A stretch of 64,000 bases of DNA from the NCBI GenBank assembly GCA_963826525.1, contig CAWGXH010000004.1:1793427-1857426 (forward strand). Direction: 5' to 3'. Of the stretch, positions 22,310 through 32,941 are shown one piece after another. Made by a program: the position numbers and the translations under genes. Under the pieces are notes generated by a model that was given only the letters and a program-made list of their open reading frames with translations, was not told the DNA's origin and did not search any database. Numbering within the stretch: the stretch's first letter is position 1; every line of letters begins with the position of its first letter. This stretch comes from an uncultured Methanomicrobiaceae archaeon. GTDB lineage: Archaea; Halobacteriota; Methanomicrobia; Methanomicrobiales; Methanoculleaceae.

Positions 22310-22413
22310 TATATTTCCTCCGACTGTATATGTGCGGTAAAAGGCTAAAAAAATATTTCGGTTTGCCCTTTTCGGGGCGACAGTCTTTTCGGATTGCGGC
22401 TTTGCGGTGACGA

Positions 22414-23172
22414 TCAGATGCCGAGAACGTCCTGCATCGAGTAGATCCGCTTCTCTCTTCCGGGAACCCACGCCGCTGCCCGCACTGCTCCCTCGGCAAA
22501 GACCGCACGGTCGTAGGCACGGTGGGATACCTCGATGCACTCGTAGTTTCCTGCAAAGAGGACGGAATGATCGCCGACGATGTCGCCGCCCCGGATCACG
22601 TGGACGCCTATCTCGTCTTTCCGTTCGGCCATCCCCTCTCTGCCGTATACCTTCTCGCGGCTCCCGAGTTCCTGGTCGAGGATCTCAAGGATGGTCTTTG
22701 CCGTCCCGCTCGGTGCGTCTTTCTTATACCGGTGGTGAGCCTCGGTCACCTCGACGTCGTAGTCGGAGAGCATGCGTGCGGCCTGCCGGACGAGCTGCCA
22801 GAAGATATTGACGCCGACGCTGAAGTTGCTCGAGATAACGGCAGGGACGGTTCCGATGACTGCCTCGTCGATGGCGGCACGCTGCTCGGGTGAAAAACCC
22901 GTCGTGCCGACGACGAGCGCCACGTTGTTTCGTGCCGCCGCCCTGATGTTCTCCACGGCGGCATGGGCGACCGTGAAATCGATGAGGACATCGGGCCGCT
23001 TCGACTGCAGGAGTTCGTCGATCCGATCCGCCGTCACCACGTCGGCGCCGAAGAGCGTTCCTTCCTTGATGTCGACTCCGCCGACAAGTTCGAGGTTGGG
23101 GGATTCGTCGACGATCCTCCCGATCGTCGTTCCCATACGGCCGAGTGCGCCGGTTATTACTATCTTAGTCAT
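22414..23172 (-). CDS. dapB: 4-hydroxy-tetrahydrodipicolinate reductase
   Basis: GALGRMG, IDFT, GTTG, NFSVGVN, EAHHRYKKDAPSGTA. Confidence 0.95.
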   Translation of the reverse strand: MTKIVITGALGRMGTTIGRIVDESPNLELVGGVDIKEGTLFGADVVTADRIDELLQSKRPDVLIDFTVAHAAVENIRAAARNNVALVVGTTGFSPEQRAAIDEAVIGTVPAVISSNFSVGVNIFWQLVRQAARMLSDYDVEVTEAHHRYKKDAPSGTAKTILEILDQELGSREKVYGREGMAERKDEIGVHVIRGGDIVGDHSVLFAGNYECIEVSHRAYDRAVFAEGAVRAAAWVPGREKRIYSMQDVLGI

Positions 23173-24040
23173 ACTGTGAAAGCACCATCCTGAGTACCTG
23201 GGTCTTTGCCTCGTCGAGGTCATCGAGCGGCAGCCGCACGGGTCCTGCCGCCATGCCACGGAGCCCGACCGCCTTCTTCACCGGGATCGGGTTCGTATCG
23301 ATGAACATAGCCCGGAAGAGCGGTGAGAGTGTATAGTGAAGCTGCCGGGCCTGCTGGAGATCGCCGGCGCCGAAGGACTCGTACATCCCGACCATCCGCA
23401 GGGGATCGATGTTCGCCGCGACCGAGATGACGCCCGCTCCGCCGAGGGAGAGAATGGGTATGGTCATGGCATCGTCTCCCGAGAGCACCACGAAATCCTC
23501 GTCCTGTGTCTCCTCGATGATCTGCGAGATCTGCGTGATATCGCCGCTTGCCTCCTTGACCCCGAAGATATTCGGGTGCTGTGCGAGTTCTGCGATAAGG
23601 TCCGGCCGGAGGTTCTGGCCCGTCCGCCCCGGCACGTTGTACAGAATCAGAGGGATATCGAGATCCGCGAGTCTGGTGAAATGTTTGACGAGGCCTGAAC
23701 GGTTTGGCTTGTTATAATACGGACTGATGATAAGGGCGCCGTCCGCCCCGGCGTCTTTTGCGGATCTGGTAAGCCTTACGGCTTCCTCGGTATTGTTCGA
23801 TCCCGTCCCGGCAAGCACGGGAATCCGGCCGTTCACGACGTCGACGGTCTCGCTGACGACACGCTCGTGCTCTTCAAAACTGAGTGTGGCCGACTCGCCG
23901 GTCGAACCGCACGGGACGATGCCGTGAATACCGTTCTGCAATAAAAATTCGATATTTGAGCGTAACCCTCCAATATCGAGATCCAGCTTCGGACTCCTTT
24001 CAAAAGGGGTGATGATTGCCGGAAGAACTCCCTCAAACAT
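23165..24040 (-). CDS. dapA: 4-hydroxy-tetrahydrodipicolinate synthase
   Basis: GSTGES, PYYNKP, LYNVPGRT, GVKEASG, NPIPVK. Confidence 0.95.
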   Translation of the reverse strand: MFEGVLPAIITPFERSPKLDLDIGGLRSNIEFLLQNGIHGIVPCGSTGESATLSFEEHERVVSETVDVVNGRIPVLAGTGSNNTEEAVRLTRSAKDAGADGALIISPYYNKPNRSGLVKHFTRLADLDIPLILYNVPGRTGQNLRPDLIAELAQHPNIFGVKEASGDITQISQIIEETQDEDFVVLSGDDAMTIPILSLGGAGVISVAANIDPLRMVGMYESFGAGDLQQARQLHYTLSPLFRAMFIDTNPIPVKKAVGLRGMAAGPVRLPLDDLDEAKTQVLRMVLSQYD

Positions 24041-24050
24041 ACTATGAGGT

Positions 24051-24239
24051 TTACGGCCTTCTTCTATTTATCTTTCTTGAGATATATCCGGCGACGCGGT
24101 TCCGGACGCGCTTGCTGTCGATTACTGCTGCTTCAAGAACTGCATGCTTGTTCTCGTCAAAGTTGTTGCTGAACTTCTCGCCGTGCTTTTCCATCAGCTC
24201 TTGGCCGAGGTTCTTGATGTATGACGGTTTAATTCCCAT
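24051..24239 (-). CDS. rps17e: 30S ribosomal protein S17e
   Basis: MGIKPSYIK...FDENK...SKRVRNRVAGYI. Confidence 0.95.
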   Translation of the reverse strand: MGIKPSYIKNLGQELMEKHGEKFSNNFDENKHAVLEAAVIDSKRVRNRVAGYISRKINRRRP

Positions 24240-24250
24240 ATTGACCTTCC

Positions 24251-24802
24251 CTAAACTTGTGTATATGTTATGCGATTCGACAGTTTAAGAATATTATGTG
24301 CTACTACGACCGGATCTTCGCCGAGGATGCGAATCATGGGCTCTTTTCCGACGGCTCCGGTATCGTAGATCACGTCGGGCACACCGTCCCTGCAGCAGGA
24401 TGCCACGCCCCAGTCCATCGTCCGGATGCCGGGAGGTTCGCATGTTCGGTCGAAGGAGCAGATCTCGAACATGAGGTTCTCGAGTTCGTCGATCGCCGCC
24501 GCCGAGTAGCGGATATTCGCCGCGCTCCGTATGGCGGGTTCGAACTTCATCGCCGTCATGACGATACGTGCGACGTGATCGCTGGCGCCAAAGGCTACTT
24601 CGCCGACCGGATGGACCGCATCGCCGAGCCGCACGATCCTGCCTGCGACGGCCGCGACGTCCTCTCTGCTCCGCGGGTCGGGGAGCGCGTAGGCGATGTT
24701 CATGCCTACCTCGGGGATGAGCCGGACGTCCATCGCTCCGGCGAGCATCGTGACGGCCTCCCCGAGTCTCCGGATGACTGCTGCGCGTTCATCTGGTGGC
24801 AT
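24251..24802 (-). CDS. thiN: ThiN-family thiamine-phosphate synthase domain protein
   Basis: LIPEVGMNIAYA, GRIV, FGASDHVAR, RSAANIRY, PDVIYD.G.VGKEPMI. Confidence 0.8.
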   Translation of the reverse strand: MPPDERAAVIRRLGEAVTMLAGAMDVRLIPEVGMNIAYALPDPRSREDVAAVAGRIVRLGDAVHPVGEVAFGASDHVARIVMTAMKFEPAIRSAANIRYSAAAIDELENLMFEICSFDRTCEPPGIRTMDWGVASCCRDGVPDVIYDTGAVGKEPMIRILGEDPVVVAHNILKLSNRITYTQV

Positions 24803-24842
24803 AGCACATACCTTTCGCAGACGAGCGGCATAAGGGTAACGG

Positions 24843-25391
24843 CTATACGAGGCCGACCCGGTCTCTCACTTCTGCAAGACCTTCGATGGCGAGGCGGTAC
24901 AGGGTATCGAGATCCATCAGGGTCTCGATGGATGCGATCCGCTCGCGCTCGCATCCGGCGGCGAACGACTTCTCCTTGAACTTTTTCCGGACGGTCTTTG
25001 GCGAGACTTCGTCTATCCTCCCGCCTTTGACTCGCGCGCAGGCGAGAACCAGCCCCGAGACGCTGTCCGCCGCCTGTAGGGCTATCTCGACCGGTTCCCG
25101 GTAATTGCCAAAGAGCAGGTGATTGTGCCGCATGATAATGCCTGCCTGCTCTTCCGGTAAGCCCGCTTCGATCAGGATATGGTATCCTTCGAGACCGTGG
25201 CGGGTCATATCGCCTCCCGTCGCCTCGTAGTCGATGTCGTGCAGAAGGCCGATCACCCGGAAGGTCTCCGGATCTTCGCCGAGATGCTCTGCGATCTTCT
25301 TCATCACCGCCGCTGTGGCATAACTGTGAATCAGGAGCGACCCGGTCGTCACATGTCGGTGGAGGAGCCTCTCCGCTTCAGCACTGTCCAT
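24843..25391 (-). CDS. HD-domain (HDIG) phosphohydrolase
   Basis: LLIHS, GLLHDIDYE, HG, D..SGL, KKFKEKSFAAG. Confidence 0.85.
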   Translation of the reverse strand: MDSAEAERLLHRHVTTGSLLIHSYATAAVMKKIAEHLGEDPETFRVIGLLHDIDYEATGGDMTRHGLEGYHILIEAGLPEEQAGIIMRHNHLLFGNYREPVEIALQAADSVSGLVLACARVKGGRIDEVSPKTVRKKFKEKSFAAGCERERIASIETLMDLDTLYRLAIEGLAEVRDRVGLV

Positions 25392-25496
25392 AGGGATCAG
25401 ATTCTCATCCGGAACCATAACGGTGATGGTGATCGATCCCCCTCGCCGTCGGAGAAAGCATAAAGATTTACCCCGTCCTGACGATGATCTGATACT

Positions 25497-25679
25497 ATGG
25501 ATATACGTGTTCTCGAGGTGGTGACTGCGATAGCGAGCCTCGCGCTCTTCATCGCGCTGCTCGTCCTGTTGCCCTTGATTATGGCAGAGTTCCAGGGTCT
25601 GGCGTACCTTATCGCTCTGGTAGTCTTCATCCTCATGCTGAGCGCGGCGGGATCCGCCCTCGATAAGAGAGCGGCTTAA
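25497..25679 (+). CDS. Small two-TM membrane protein
   Basis: 60 aa, two hydrophobic helices, fills the gap between the HD-domain gene and priL. Confidence 0.65.
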   Translation: MDIRVLEVVTAIASLALFIALLVLLPLIMAEFQGLAYLIALVVFILMLSAAGSALDKRAA

Positions 25680-26684
25680 GCCTGCTTCTTCTTATCGTTC
25701 TTCTTTATTCTGTAGTAGGAAAGGGGGTGGCTGACACGCTCGCAGAGTTTCTCCCGGTTGACACAGAGTCCGAACGTGCGCATAGTCGCGCATGACGGCG
25801 GTGTATACTCCGTCCCGCTCCGCCCGGAGATATGCTCCACCTGGTACATCGTCTTTCCGACGTCGAAGTCCGGAGCTCTTTGAAACATCCCGACAATCTC
25901 CGTTGGGCTCAGCCCGATCGTATGGAGGAACGCGGTTATGGCAAACCGCCCCATGTGCGGGAGGTTCGTGCCTGCAGTGATCGCCGCAATAAGGCTCCCT
26001 ATGCAGGGTGGGAACGCACCCTCTTCGACCGCACCGAACTGTTCCAGGATCTGCTGCTGGTATGCTGCGGTTATCCCGGCGGTTATCGGGGCGAACTGAT
26101 CGCAGAGCGTTCGTGGTATTTTCAGGGGAAGCTGACGGTGGAGAATAACGCGGATCCGTTCGCGGAGCAGTTCGTCGCGCTCGTCCGCATCGAGCGTGAC
26201 GATACCGGCGTGCACCTCGCGGTTGACCAGCCGCCAGCGGGAGTCCCGCAGCTGCGTGACCAGTTCGACGTATTCACAGACCGGCAGCGTCCCCCGACTC
26301 GTGTCGATCCCGACGCTCTGTGCGACATACTGCTTCTTTTCGGGTTCCTCGCGTTCGAGAAAGTACCGATGCCCGCCTCGCCTCGAATCGTGTCAGGCGG
26401 TCGGTGAGGATACGGTCGCCGATACAGGAGACCAGCATGCGGGCGAGAGCGTAACTTGCGATCTCGATCTCGGGGGGTGCCTGGTGCGCCTCGTCGTCGC
26501 GGAACTCCTTCTTTCCGGCGAGGGCGTCAAGGACACGCTCCTGTGCGCGGTTCAGGGCTTCACTGCCGCGAGGGCCTGCGAGAAACCGGTCGAGCGAGTC
26601 GAACTGTTTCCTGACGAGCTGTTCTGATTCTTTTAAAAAAGGGTATTTGCCAAGCTCTTTGATATCAAGAGCGATTACCATCAA
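25676..26684 (-). CDS. priL: DNA primase large subunit (apparent frameshifts around 26280-26370)
   Basis: KYPFL, WRLVN, FPPCI, H.GRF, YQVEHI, YTPPSC, C...SHPL; downstream of PCNA. Confidence 0.9.
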
Positions 26685-27427
26685 TCAGCCTCGATCCGGG
26701 GTGCAAGGAGATATTCGACGCGACCATTGCCGTCGGCGATATCGAACGCAAACCTGACCGGGTGATCGACGCCGAGGTGGACTTCGACCTCCGCTGCTTT
26801 TGCCATAACCTTACCCATATCTTTGAGGTAGTCGAGGGAGAAGAGAGAACGTGCACCGACCGGGTTTAAGCTCACGAGTTCGTCCTCCCCGAGAGCGAGT
26901 TTGATCTGATCGGTGTCGCCCTCGGCCTCCATGTAGAACGTCATCGAATCGGGATCGATGCCGAGGGCTATCTTATCGGATATGACCGCGGCAGCCTTGA
27001 TTGCGTTGTTCAGTGCGTTCCCGGAGATGATCACTCTGCCCGGCAGCTCGATTGTCGGTGGGTTCGGGTCTTTTCTGATGGTGTTGACGTCGAGGAGCGT
27101 GATGGAGTAGCGGTATCCCTTGAACGAGAGCTCGAGTTTACGCTCCTCTTCGGGGAGGTTCATCGCCAGCTTATCGCCTTTGCTCATCATCCCGAGGACG
27201 TTCTTCATTTTCGCGATATCAAGACCGAGCTCTCCCGGTGTTGCCGCATACGTGTCAAAGGCTCCGCTCTTCAGCTCAAGCGAGACCATAGCCACATTTG
27301 CGGTATCGACTGCCCGTGCTCGAAGCGTATCCTCTTCCGTATGAAGTCGGCACTCGGTGACAAGAGCCGCCATTGCGTCGATAGACTCCCTGAATATCTC
27401 CGCGTCAATCGTTGCCTTTAACATCAT
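26681..27427 (-). CDS. pcn: DNA polymerase sliding clamp PCNA
   Basis: AVDTANVAMV, SLFSLDYL, YLLAPRIE. Confidence 0.95.
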   Translation of the reverse strand: MMLKATIDAEIFRESIDAMAALVTECRLHTEEDTLRARAVDTANVAMVSLELKSGAFDTYAATPGELGLDIAKMKNVLGMMSKGDKLAMNLPEEERKLELSFKGYRYSITLLDVNTIRKDPNPPTIELPGRVIISGNALNNAIKAAAVISDKIALGIDPDSMTFYMEAEGDTDQIKLALGEDELVSLNPVGARSLFSLDYLKDMGKVMAKAAEVEVHLGVDHPVRFAFDIADGNGRVEYLLAPRIEAD

Positions 27428-27640
27428 GATCCCTTAATCAAACTCAATTATAACCTATATAATCATACTTTTAATTATAGTGTTTTACGATTGCGTATCA
27501 ACGGTCAGGGGGAATGCACCGGTCCTGCAGAAATCCCATACTTTGATGTTGCACGAAAGCATATAGTATACGTGATCTTTTATTGATCTGCCGATGCGCT
27601 ATCGTCCGCATCGGTCGTAGACGGAAGGAGTATTTGCAGA

Positions 27641-28237
27641 ATGGGTTCTCAGTGGTCGAGAGATAAGGTCTACAACCGGGCCATGAAGGCCGGGTACCGA
27701 TCCCGCGCCGCATATAAACTCCTGGAGATTCAGGAGAGGAACGGTATCATCCGTCCCGACGACAATGTGGTGGATCTGGGTGCGGCACCCGGGAGCTGGC
27801 TGCAGGTACTGCGCGAGCTCACGGACGGGAAGATCGTCGGCATCGACTTAAACCCAATCGCACCCCTCGAAGGCGTCACTACCATCGTCGGCGATTTTAC
27901 GCAGGAGGAAGTGCGGGAGCGGGTTTTAGCCGAGCTTGACGTCGTGAACGTCGTGGTCTCCGATGTATCTCCAAAGCTCTCGGGGCAGAAGAGCTACGAT
28001 CAGGCACGAGCGATCGGGCTCGGCGAGGAAGCACTCGCGTTCGCCTGCACCGTCCTCAAGCCGGGAGGAAATTTTGTGATAAAGTCGTTTCAGGGCGAGC
28101 TCTTCTCCGATCTGATGAACGATATCAAGGAACACTTCCATTCCGTCAGGGGCTATCGGGCGAAATCCACGCGGAGAGGGAGTACCGAGACGTATATCAT
28201 TGCGAAAAGTTTCATAGGGCGAGAGGATGGCGCTTAA
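27641..28237 (+). CDS. rlmE: 23S rRNA Um2552 methyltransferase RlmE/RrmJ
   Basis: GYRSRAAYKL, DLGAAPGSW, VVSD, K.FQG, S.ETY. Confidence 0.92.
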   Translation: MGSQWSRDKVYNRAMKAGYRSRAAYKLLEIQERNGIIRPDDNVVDLGAAPGSWLQVLRELTDGKIVGIDLNPIAPLEGVTTIVGDFTQEEVRERVLAELDVVNVVVSDVSPKLSGQKSYDQARAIGLGEEALAFACTVLKPGGNFVIKSFQGELFSDLMNDIKEHFHSVRGYRAKSTRRGSTETYIIAKSFIGREDGA

Positions 28238-29107
28238 GGACACATACGGCCGTACCGTAACGAATCTCCGGATAAGCCTGACATCGGAGTGCAATCTCCG
28301 GTGCATCTACTGCCATGCAGAAGGTGAGGTCGACCCGAAGGAGCAGATGAGTGCCGACGAGATCGCCGAGCTGATGCAGGTCGGGGCGAAGTTCGGTATC
28401 CGAAGCATCAAGTTTACCGGCGGGGAGCCTCTGCTCCGCTCCGATATCATTGATATCATCCGGGCGGTGCCTCCGGGCATCGAGTCGTCCCTGACGACGA
28501 ACGGCACCCTGCTTGCAGGCAAAGCTGCTGCTCTCAGGGAAGCTGGCCTCTCCCGGGTGAATGTCAGCCTCGATACGCTCAGACCCGACCGATACCGGGA
28601 GATTACCGGAAGAGATCAGCTCGATCGGGTGCTTGCAGGCATCCGGGCGGCCATCGATGCCGGCCTCACGCCGGTGAAGCTCGAATATGGTGCTCCTCGA
28701 GGGGATCAACGACGACGAGTTCGACGACTTCATGGAGTTTGTCCGGGGGAACCGGAACCTCATCCTGCAGGTCATCGAGCTGATGGACTTTCACGACTGT
28801 AAGTTCCACGGGGATGTCGACGGCGTCGAGCGCGACTTAAACACCCGGGCGGAGCAGATCGTGACGCGGAGGATGCACCACCGCAGGAAATACTGTCTCG
28901 ATAATGCCGAGGTCGAGGTTGTCCGGCCGCTCCACAATACGGAGTTCTGCGGCTTCTGCAACCGGCTTCGCGTCACCTCGGACGGAAAGCTCAAACCGTG
29001 CCTCCTGCGGAGCGATAACCTGATCCCTATCCGGGGAAAACACGGCGAAGACCTTGAAGCGGCCTTCAGAGAGGCCGTAAGCCTGCGCGAACCGTTACTT
29101 CAGGTAA
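28227..29107 (+). CDS. moaA: GTP 3',8-cyclase MoaA (apparent frameshifts near 28685 and 29095)
   Basis: LRISLT..CNLRCIYC, TGGEPLLR, TTNG, NVSLDTL, FCGFCNRLR.T.DG.LKPCL. Confidence 0.9.
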
Positions 29108-29241
29108 CGCCCTTTCCCTGTGGTTTGTCCTGCTCCTTACGGATGCACCCGCCTGAGCTGCGTCTTTGGAAAAATTCATCCTGTCTGCTCCTGTTTCGCC
29201 GCGAAAGCAATATTTTTTAACTCTCTCTCCAATAGGTTGGT

Positions 29242-29754
29242 ATGCTGGAAGAGAACGAATATGTCGGTGTCATGAAGAAGCTGTACGGCAAGTCGCTGAT
29301 ACTCGAAGACCCTTCCGACTTCCACCCGGTGCTGTATTTTTACTTCGTCGATTCGCTCGCCCACATCGACTTTACGCTCGGGATACTGTCGTTCAACTAT
29401 ATGTCCCCGAAGAATGTCATGAATATGGAATACCTGCGGTGGCGTCTCGACCAGGGGAAGCAGGGCGAACGTGCTCTCTTCCCGGAGTTCATCAACTGGC
29501 TGAAGGCGGAGCATCACGATACGTTCGAGTCGCTCCCTCTCCTCTGGAGCGGCATCTACGACAACGACGACCCCGCCTCGTACCGGAGTTTCCGCATCGT
29601 GCTGAATCCCGACGACAAAAAACCGCTCCCGGCAGAGTATCTCTCCGCATTCGTCGATCAGTTCTTCGAGCAGACGTTCCTGCGCCGGCTCTACCGCGGC
29701 TCAATGCTCGCCAATCTCTTCGATGAATTTGCCGGAACCAGATCTGCCCCGTGA
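29242..29754 (+). CDS. Hypothetical protein
   Basis: 170-aa ORF with strong GC3 bias; no motif recognised. Confidence 0.7.
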   Translation: MLEENEYVGVMKKLYGKSLILEDPSDFHPVLYFYFVDSLAHIDFTLGILSFNYMSPKNVMNMEYLRWRLDQGKQGERALFPEFINWLKAEHHDTFESLPLLWSGIYDNDDPASYRSFRIVLNPDDKKPLPAEYLSAFVDQFFEQTFLRRLYRGSMLANLFDEFAGTRSAP

Positions 29755-29765
29755 GGTGATACGGC

Positions 29766-30934
29766 ATGGATGTCGCCCGCCTCTGTTCATCGCTCGTCCG
29801 GATCAAGAGTGAGAATCCCCCCGGCGGTACGGCCGACGTCATCGAGTATATCAGGGACTTTCTCGATACGCTCGGTGCCCGGAGCCGGGTCATGTCGTAC
29901 CCGACGGCAGGGCGAACCTCGTTACGACGGCGCCGGATTCCCGGCTCCTTCTCTGCGGGCACGTCGATGTCGTGCCGGCGATTGCCGATGCGTGGGTGCA
30001 CGACCCGTACGGCGGCGAGATTGCCGGAGGGTTCGTCTGGGGGCGGGGCGCCACGGACATGAAGGGCGGTTGTGCGGCGCTCCTTACAGCGTATAAAAAC
30101 CTCGTGGATGCCGGGGAGGAGCCGAAGGTGCAGTTCGCCTTCGTCTGCGACGAGGAGACGGGGGGTGAGTTTGGTATCTCTTCCCTGCTCAAGGAGGGTC
30201 TGCTCACGCCCCGTGACTGCCTGATCGCCGAGCCGTCGCCCCCGCTCAACCCCTGTATCGGGCAGAAGGGGCTCTGCCGCCTGGAACTCTGCTTTTCAGG
30301 AGAGCCGGGCCACAGTTCTCTCTATCCTGTCGTCGGCAGGAGCGCCATTATGGAGGCGGTTTCGCTGATCGAGTACATGAAAGAACTCCACGCACACGAG
30401 TATGCGGCGGGAGGCGAGATGCAGGCGATCGTAGAGCGGTCGTCGCAGGTGCTCCAGGATATCTTCGGTATGGAAGGGCTCCGCGATGTCCTGACCCGGG
30501 TCATGTATAACCCCGGCCGGATCGAGGGTGGGGAGAAGGCGAACATCGTTGCGGAACGCTGCAGGATGGAGCTCGATATTCGTCTCCCCTGGGGCTGCTC
30601 GACGGAGGCGCTCCTTGCGGCGATAGCCGCCCATGCAGAGAATGCCGTGATACGCGAGATCAATGTGGCGGAACCGACCCTGACGCCGGCCGATACGCCA
30701 CTCGTCGGGATCGTCTGCACTGCGATCGAGCAGGTCTACAGAAGTCCCGCCGCGCCGATTCTCCAGTGGGCGGCGACCGATGCCCGGTATCTCCGGTGGG
30801 CAGGTTTTAACGTCGTCGACTACGGGCCGGGCGATATCACCACGCTTCACGCTGTGGATGAGAAGGTTTCTGTGGAGCAGCTCGAGAGGGCGGGAGACGT
30901 GTATCGGGGAGTGATCGGGGAGTATTCCGCTTGA
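29766..30934 (+). CDS. M20 family metallopeptidase/deacylase, ArgE/DapE-like (apparent frameshift near 29900)
   Basis: SENPPG, GHVDVVP, GRGATDMKGG, DEETGG, IAEP, GPG...HAVDE. Confidence 0.88.
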
Positions 30935-30942
30935 TCTATCCG

Positions 30943-31911
30943 TTAACGAAGATCTGCCTCCTGCGTTCTGGTCTCTTCGAGTGCGTCGAGGGAAAATTTT
31001 GAAAATACAAACCCTAGTACCAGGGAAAAGTACATTGAAATTGTCCGATCGACAAGGACAATCGCAATTGCAACTGTTGATGGAACGCCCATTGTTGCAA
31101 TGAAGTAACTCAACGAACCTTCCATAGCCCCGATGCCAAGGGGTATCTGTGACACAAGACCCACAATGAAAGCTAGGCTCATGAATATTGATATCTGGAT
31201 TGGATTTAGTAGAAATCCAAATGCCAGTGCTACCGTCCAGAGACGGATATACTCCAATACCAGTGACACCAGTGTTATCAGGAAGACGATGAGTATTCTA
31301 TACGGCGGCATCTTCTTAATTGAGTAATCAAGTTCGTGTTCCCCCTTACTGAGGGGGAGTTTTACAAGTACCCTCTCTGCAAGGTGTATGAAATAATCCG
31401 CTTTATGGTACAGAACCAACAGCAGGAATAGTATCAGCAATGTAAGTTCTAGTGCGATTACGGTCACTGCCCGGAGTTGGATCATGATGATACCGGAAGC
31501 GACCAGGAAGAGTATTATCAATTCAAAAAAGCGCTCGTAGAAGATCATGGATACTCCGTCGAGGAAAGGTGTTTGATATCTGTGTTTCATGAAGTATGCC
31601 TTGTAAAGGTCACCAACCTTGCCCGGGGTGATATTTGCGAAGAACAGGCTGGAGATACTTGGCAGCGATGCTTCATACCATGAGATCTCTCCATAATAAT
31701 GCTGACTGAGATACTTCCAGCGATAGACCTTTGATCCGATATTTGCCAGTGATAAGAGTATTGCAAGGATTAGCAGCGGAATACTGATTGTCGTAAAGAC
31801 CTCGATGTTCTCAAGTATCCCTGACCCCTTGATAAAGAAAAATAGTATTATCAGGCCAAAACAGAGCAAGACGAGCTGAATGAGACCCCGACGGGTCAGA
31901 TGAAGTTCCAT
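30943..31911 (-). CDS. Lysylphosphatidylglycerol synthase TM region / UPF0104 flippase-like membrane protein
   Basis: RWKYL, FANITPGKVGD..KAY, ERFFE, PLGIGAMEG, LVDR; low GC. Confidence 0.8.
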   Translation of the reverse strand: MELHLTRRGLIQLVLLCFGLIILFFFIKGSGILENIEVFTTISIPLLILAILLSLANIGSKVYRWKYLSQHYYGEISWYEASLPSISSLFFANITPGKVGDLYKAYFMKHRYQTPFLDGVSMIFYERFFELIILFLVASGIIMIQLRAVTVIALELTLLILFLLLVLYHKADYFIHLAERVLVKLPLSKGEHELDYSIKKMPPYRILIVFLITLVSLVLEYIRLWTVALAFGFLLNPIQISIFMSLAFIVGLVSQIPLGIGAMEGSLSYFIATMGVPSTVAIAIVLVDRTISMYFSLVLGFVFSKFSLDALEETRTQEADLR

Positions 31912-32146
31912 GGTGTCCTCAAGATCCAAATGTGTATTGTAGTCCGAGTGTTTTTGATGGATTATCTTTCATTCGATTGGTTATGTCAATATGTTTGGCT
32001 CTCATTACATCTGCCGGAAGCGAACTATATTTCTGTCTGGCTCTTCGGGATGATTTTGGATTTCCAACTACCTATAATTAATTACCTTCCCATACATTAC
32101 TTAATTACTACTCTCTCACGTGACTGAATGTTTCGGAGGTTACCTG

Positions 32147-32878
32147 ATGATTTCGCTTATTATTCCATTGTACAACGAAAGAGAGAATATTTTGACATAC
32201 GGCGAGGAACTTTTCCCGAAGGTTGATGCCATAACTATGGAGATGGGCGAAACCTTCCAGTACGTATTAGTAGACGATGGAAGTCAGGATGACACCTACG
32301 ATCTGTTGCAGGATCTTGCCGGGATGAGAGCCGATATTACTGTAGCAACGAATGGGACAAACAAGGGGATGGGTGCCGCGATAAAGGAAGGGTTGCGTCA
32401 CTGTTCGGGCGACCTCATTGTTACGATGGATTCCGACCTGACGTTCCGGCCTGAAGATATTCGTACCCTGATAACTGCATACCAAGAAGGCCAACCGGAC
32501 TGTGTTTCAGGCTCGCCATATGTCGCAAGGGGATTAATGGAAGAAGTGACTATCTTCAGATATCTTCTCAGCAAATCCGTGAATACGATGTACCGGGTTC
32601 TTCTCAGTCCGGAGATCACCTGTGTCAGTCCGATTTTTCGACTCTATAAAAGGGAAGTTCTTGAGAGTCTGAACATCCAGAGCAATAACTTTGATATCAA
32701 CGCTGAGATTATTGCAAAACTCATTCTCGGTGGGAAAAGCGTTATAGAGGTGCCGGTTGTTCTCCATGCTCGTAGGCATGGTGAATCTAAGATAAATGTA
32801 AAAAAAGAGATTAATAACCATATCAGGCTTTTAACCAAGATAATGAAAATCCGGATTCTCAAAAATGATTGGAACTGA
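32147..32878 (+). CDS. GT2 glycosyltransferase, dolichol-phosphate sugar synthase-like
   Basis: ISLIIPLYNE, VDDGSQD, N.GMG.A, MDSDL, R.HGESK. Confidence 0.88.
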   Translation: MISLIIPLYNERENILTYGEELFPKVDAITMEMGETFQYVLVDDGSQDDTYDLLQDLAGMRADITVATNGTNKGMGAAIKEGLRHCSGDLIVTMDSDLTFRPEDIRTLITAYQEGQPDCVSGSPYVARGLMEEVTIFRYLLSKSVNTMYRVLLSPEITCVSPIFRLYKREVLESLNIQSNNFDINAEIIAKLILGGKSVIEVPVVLHARRHGESKINVKKEINNHIRLLTKIMKIRILKNDWN

Positions 32879-32941
32879 GATCACTCTGGTTATTAACTCT
32901 GCTTCATCGGGTGTCTTTGCATTTGTTCAAGGTGGTTAGAG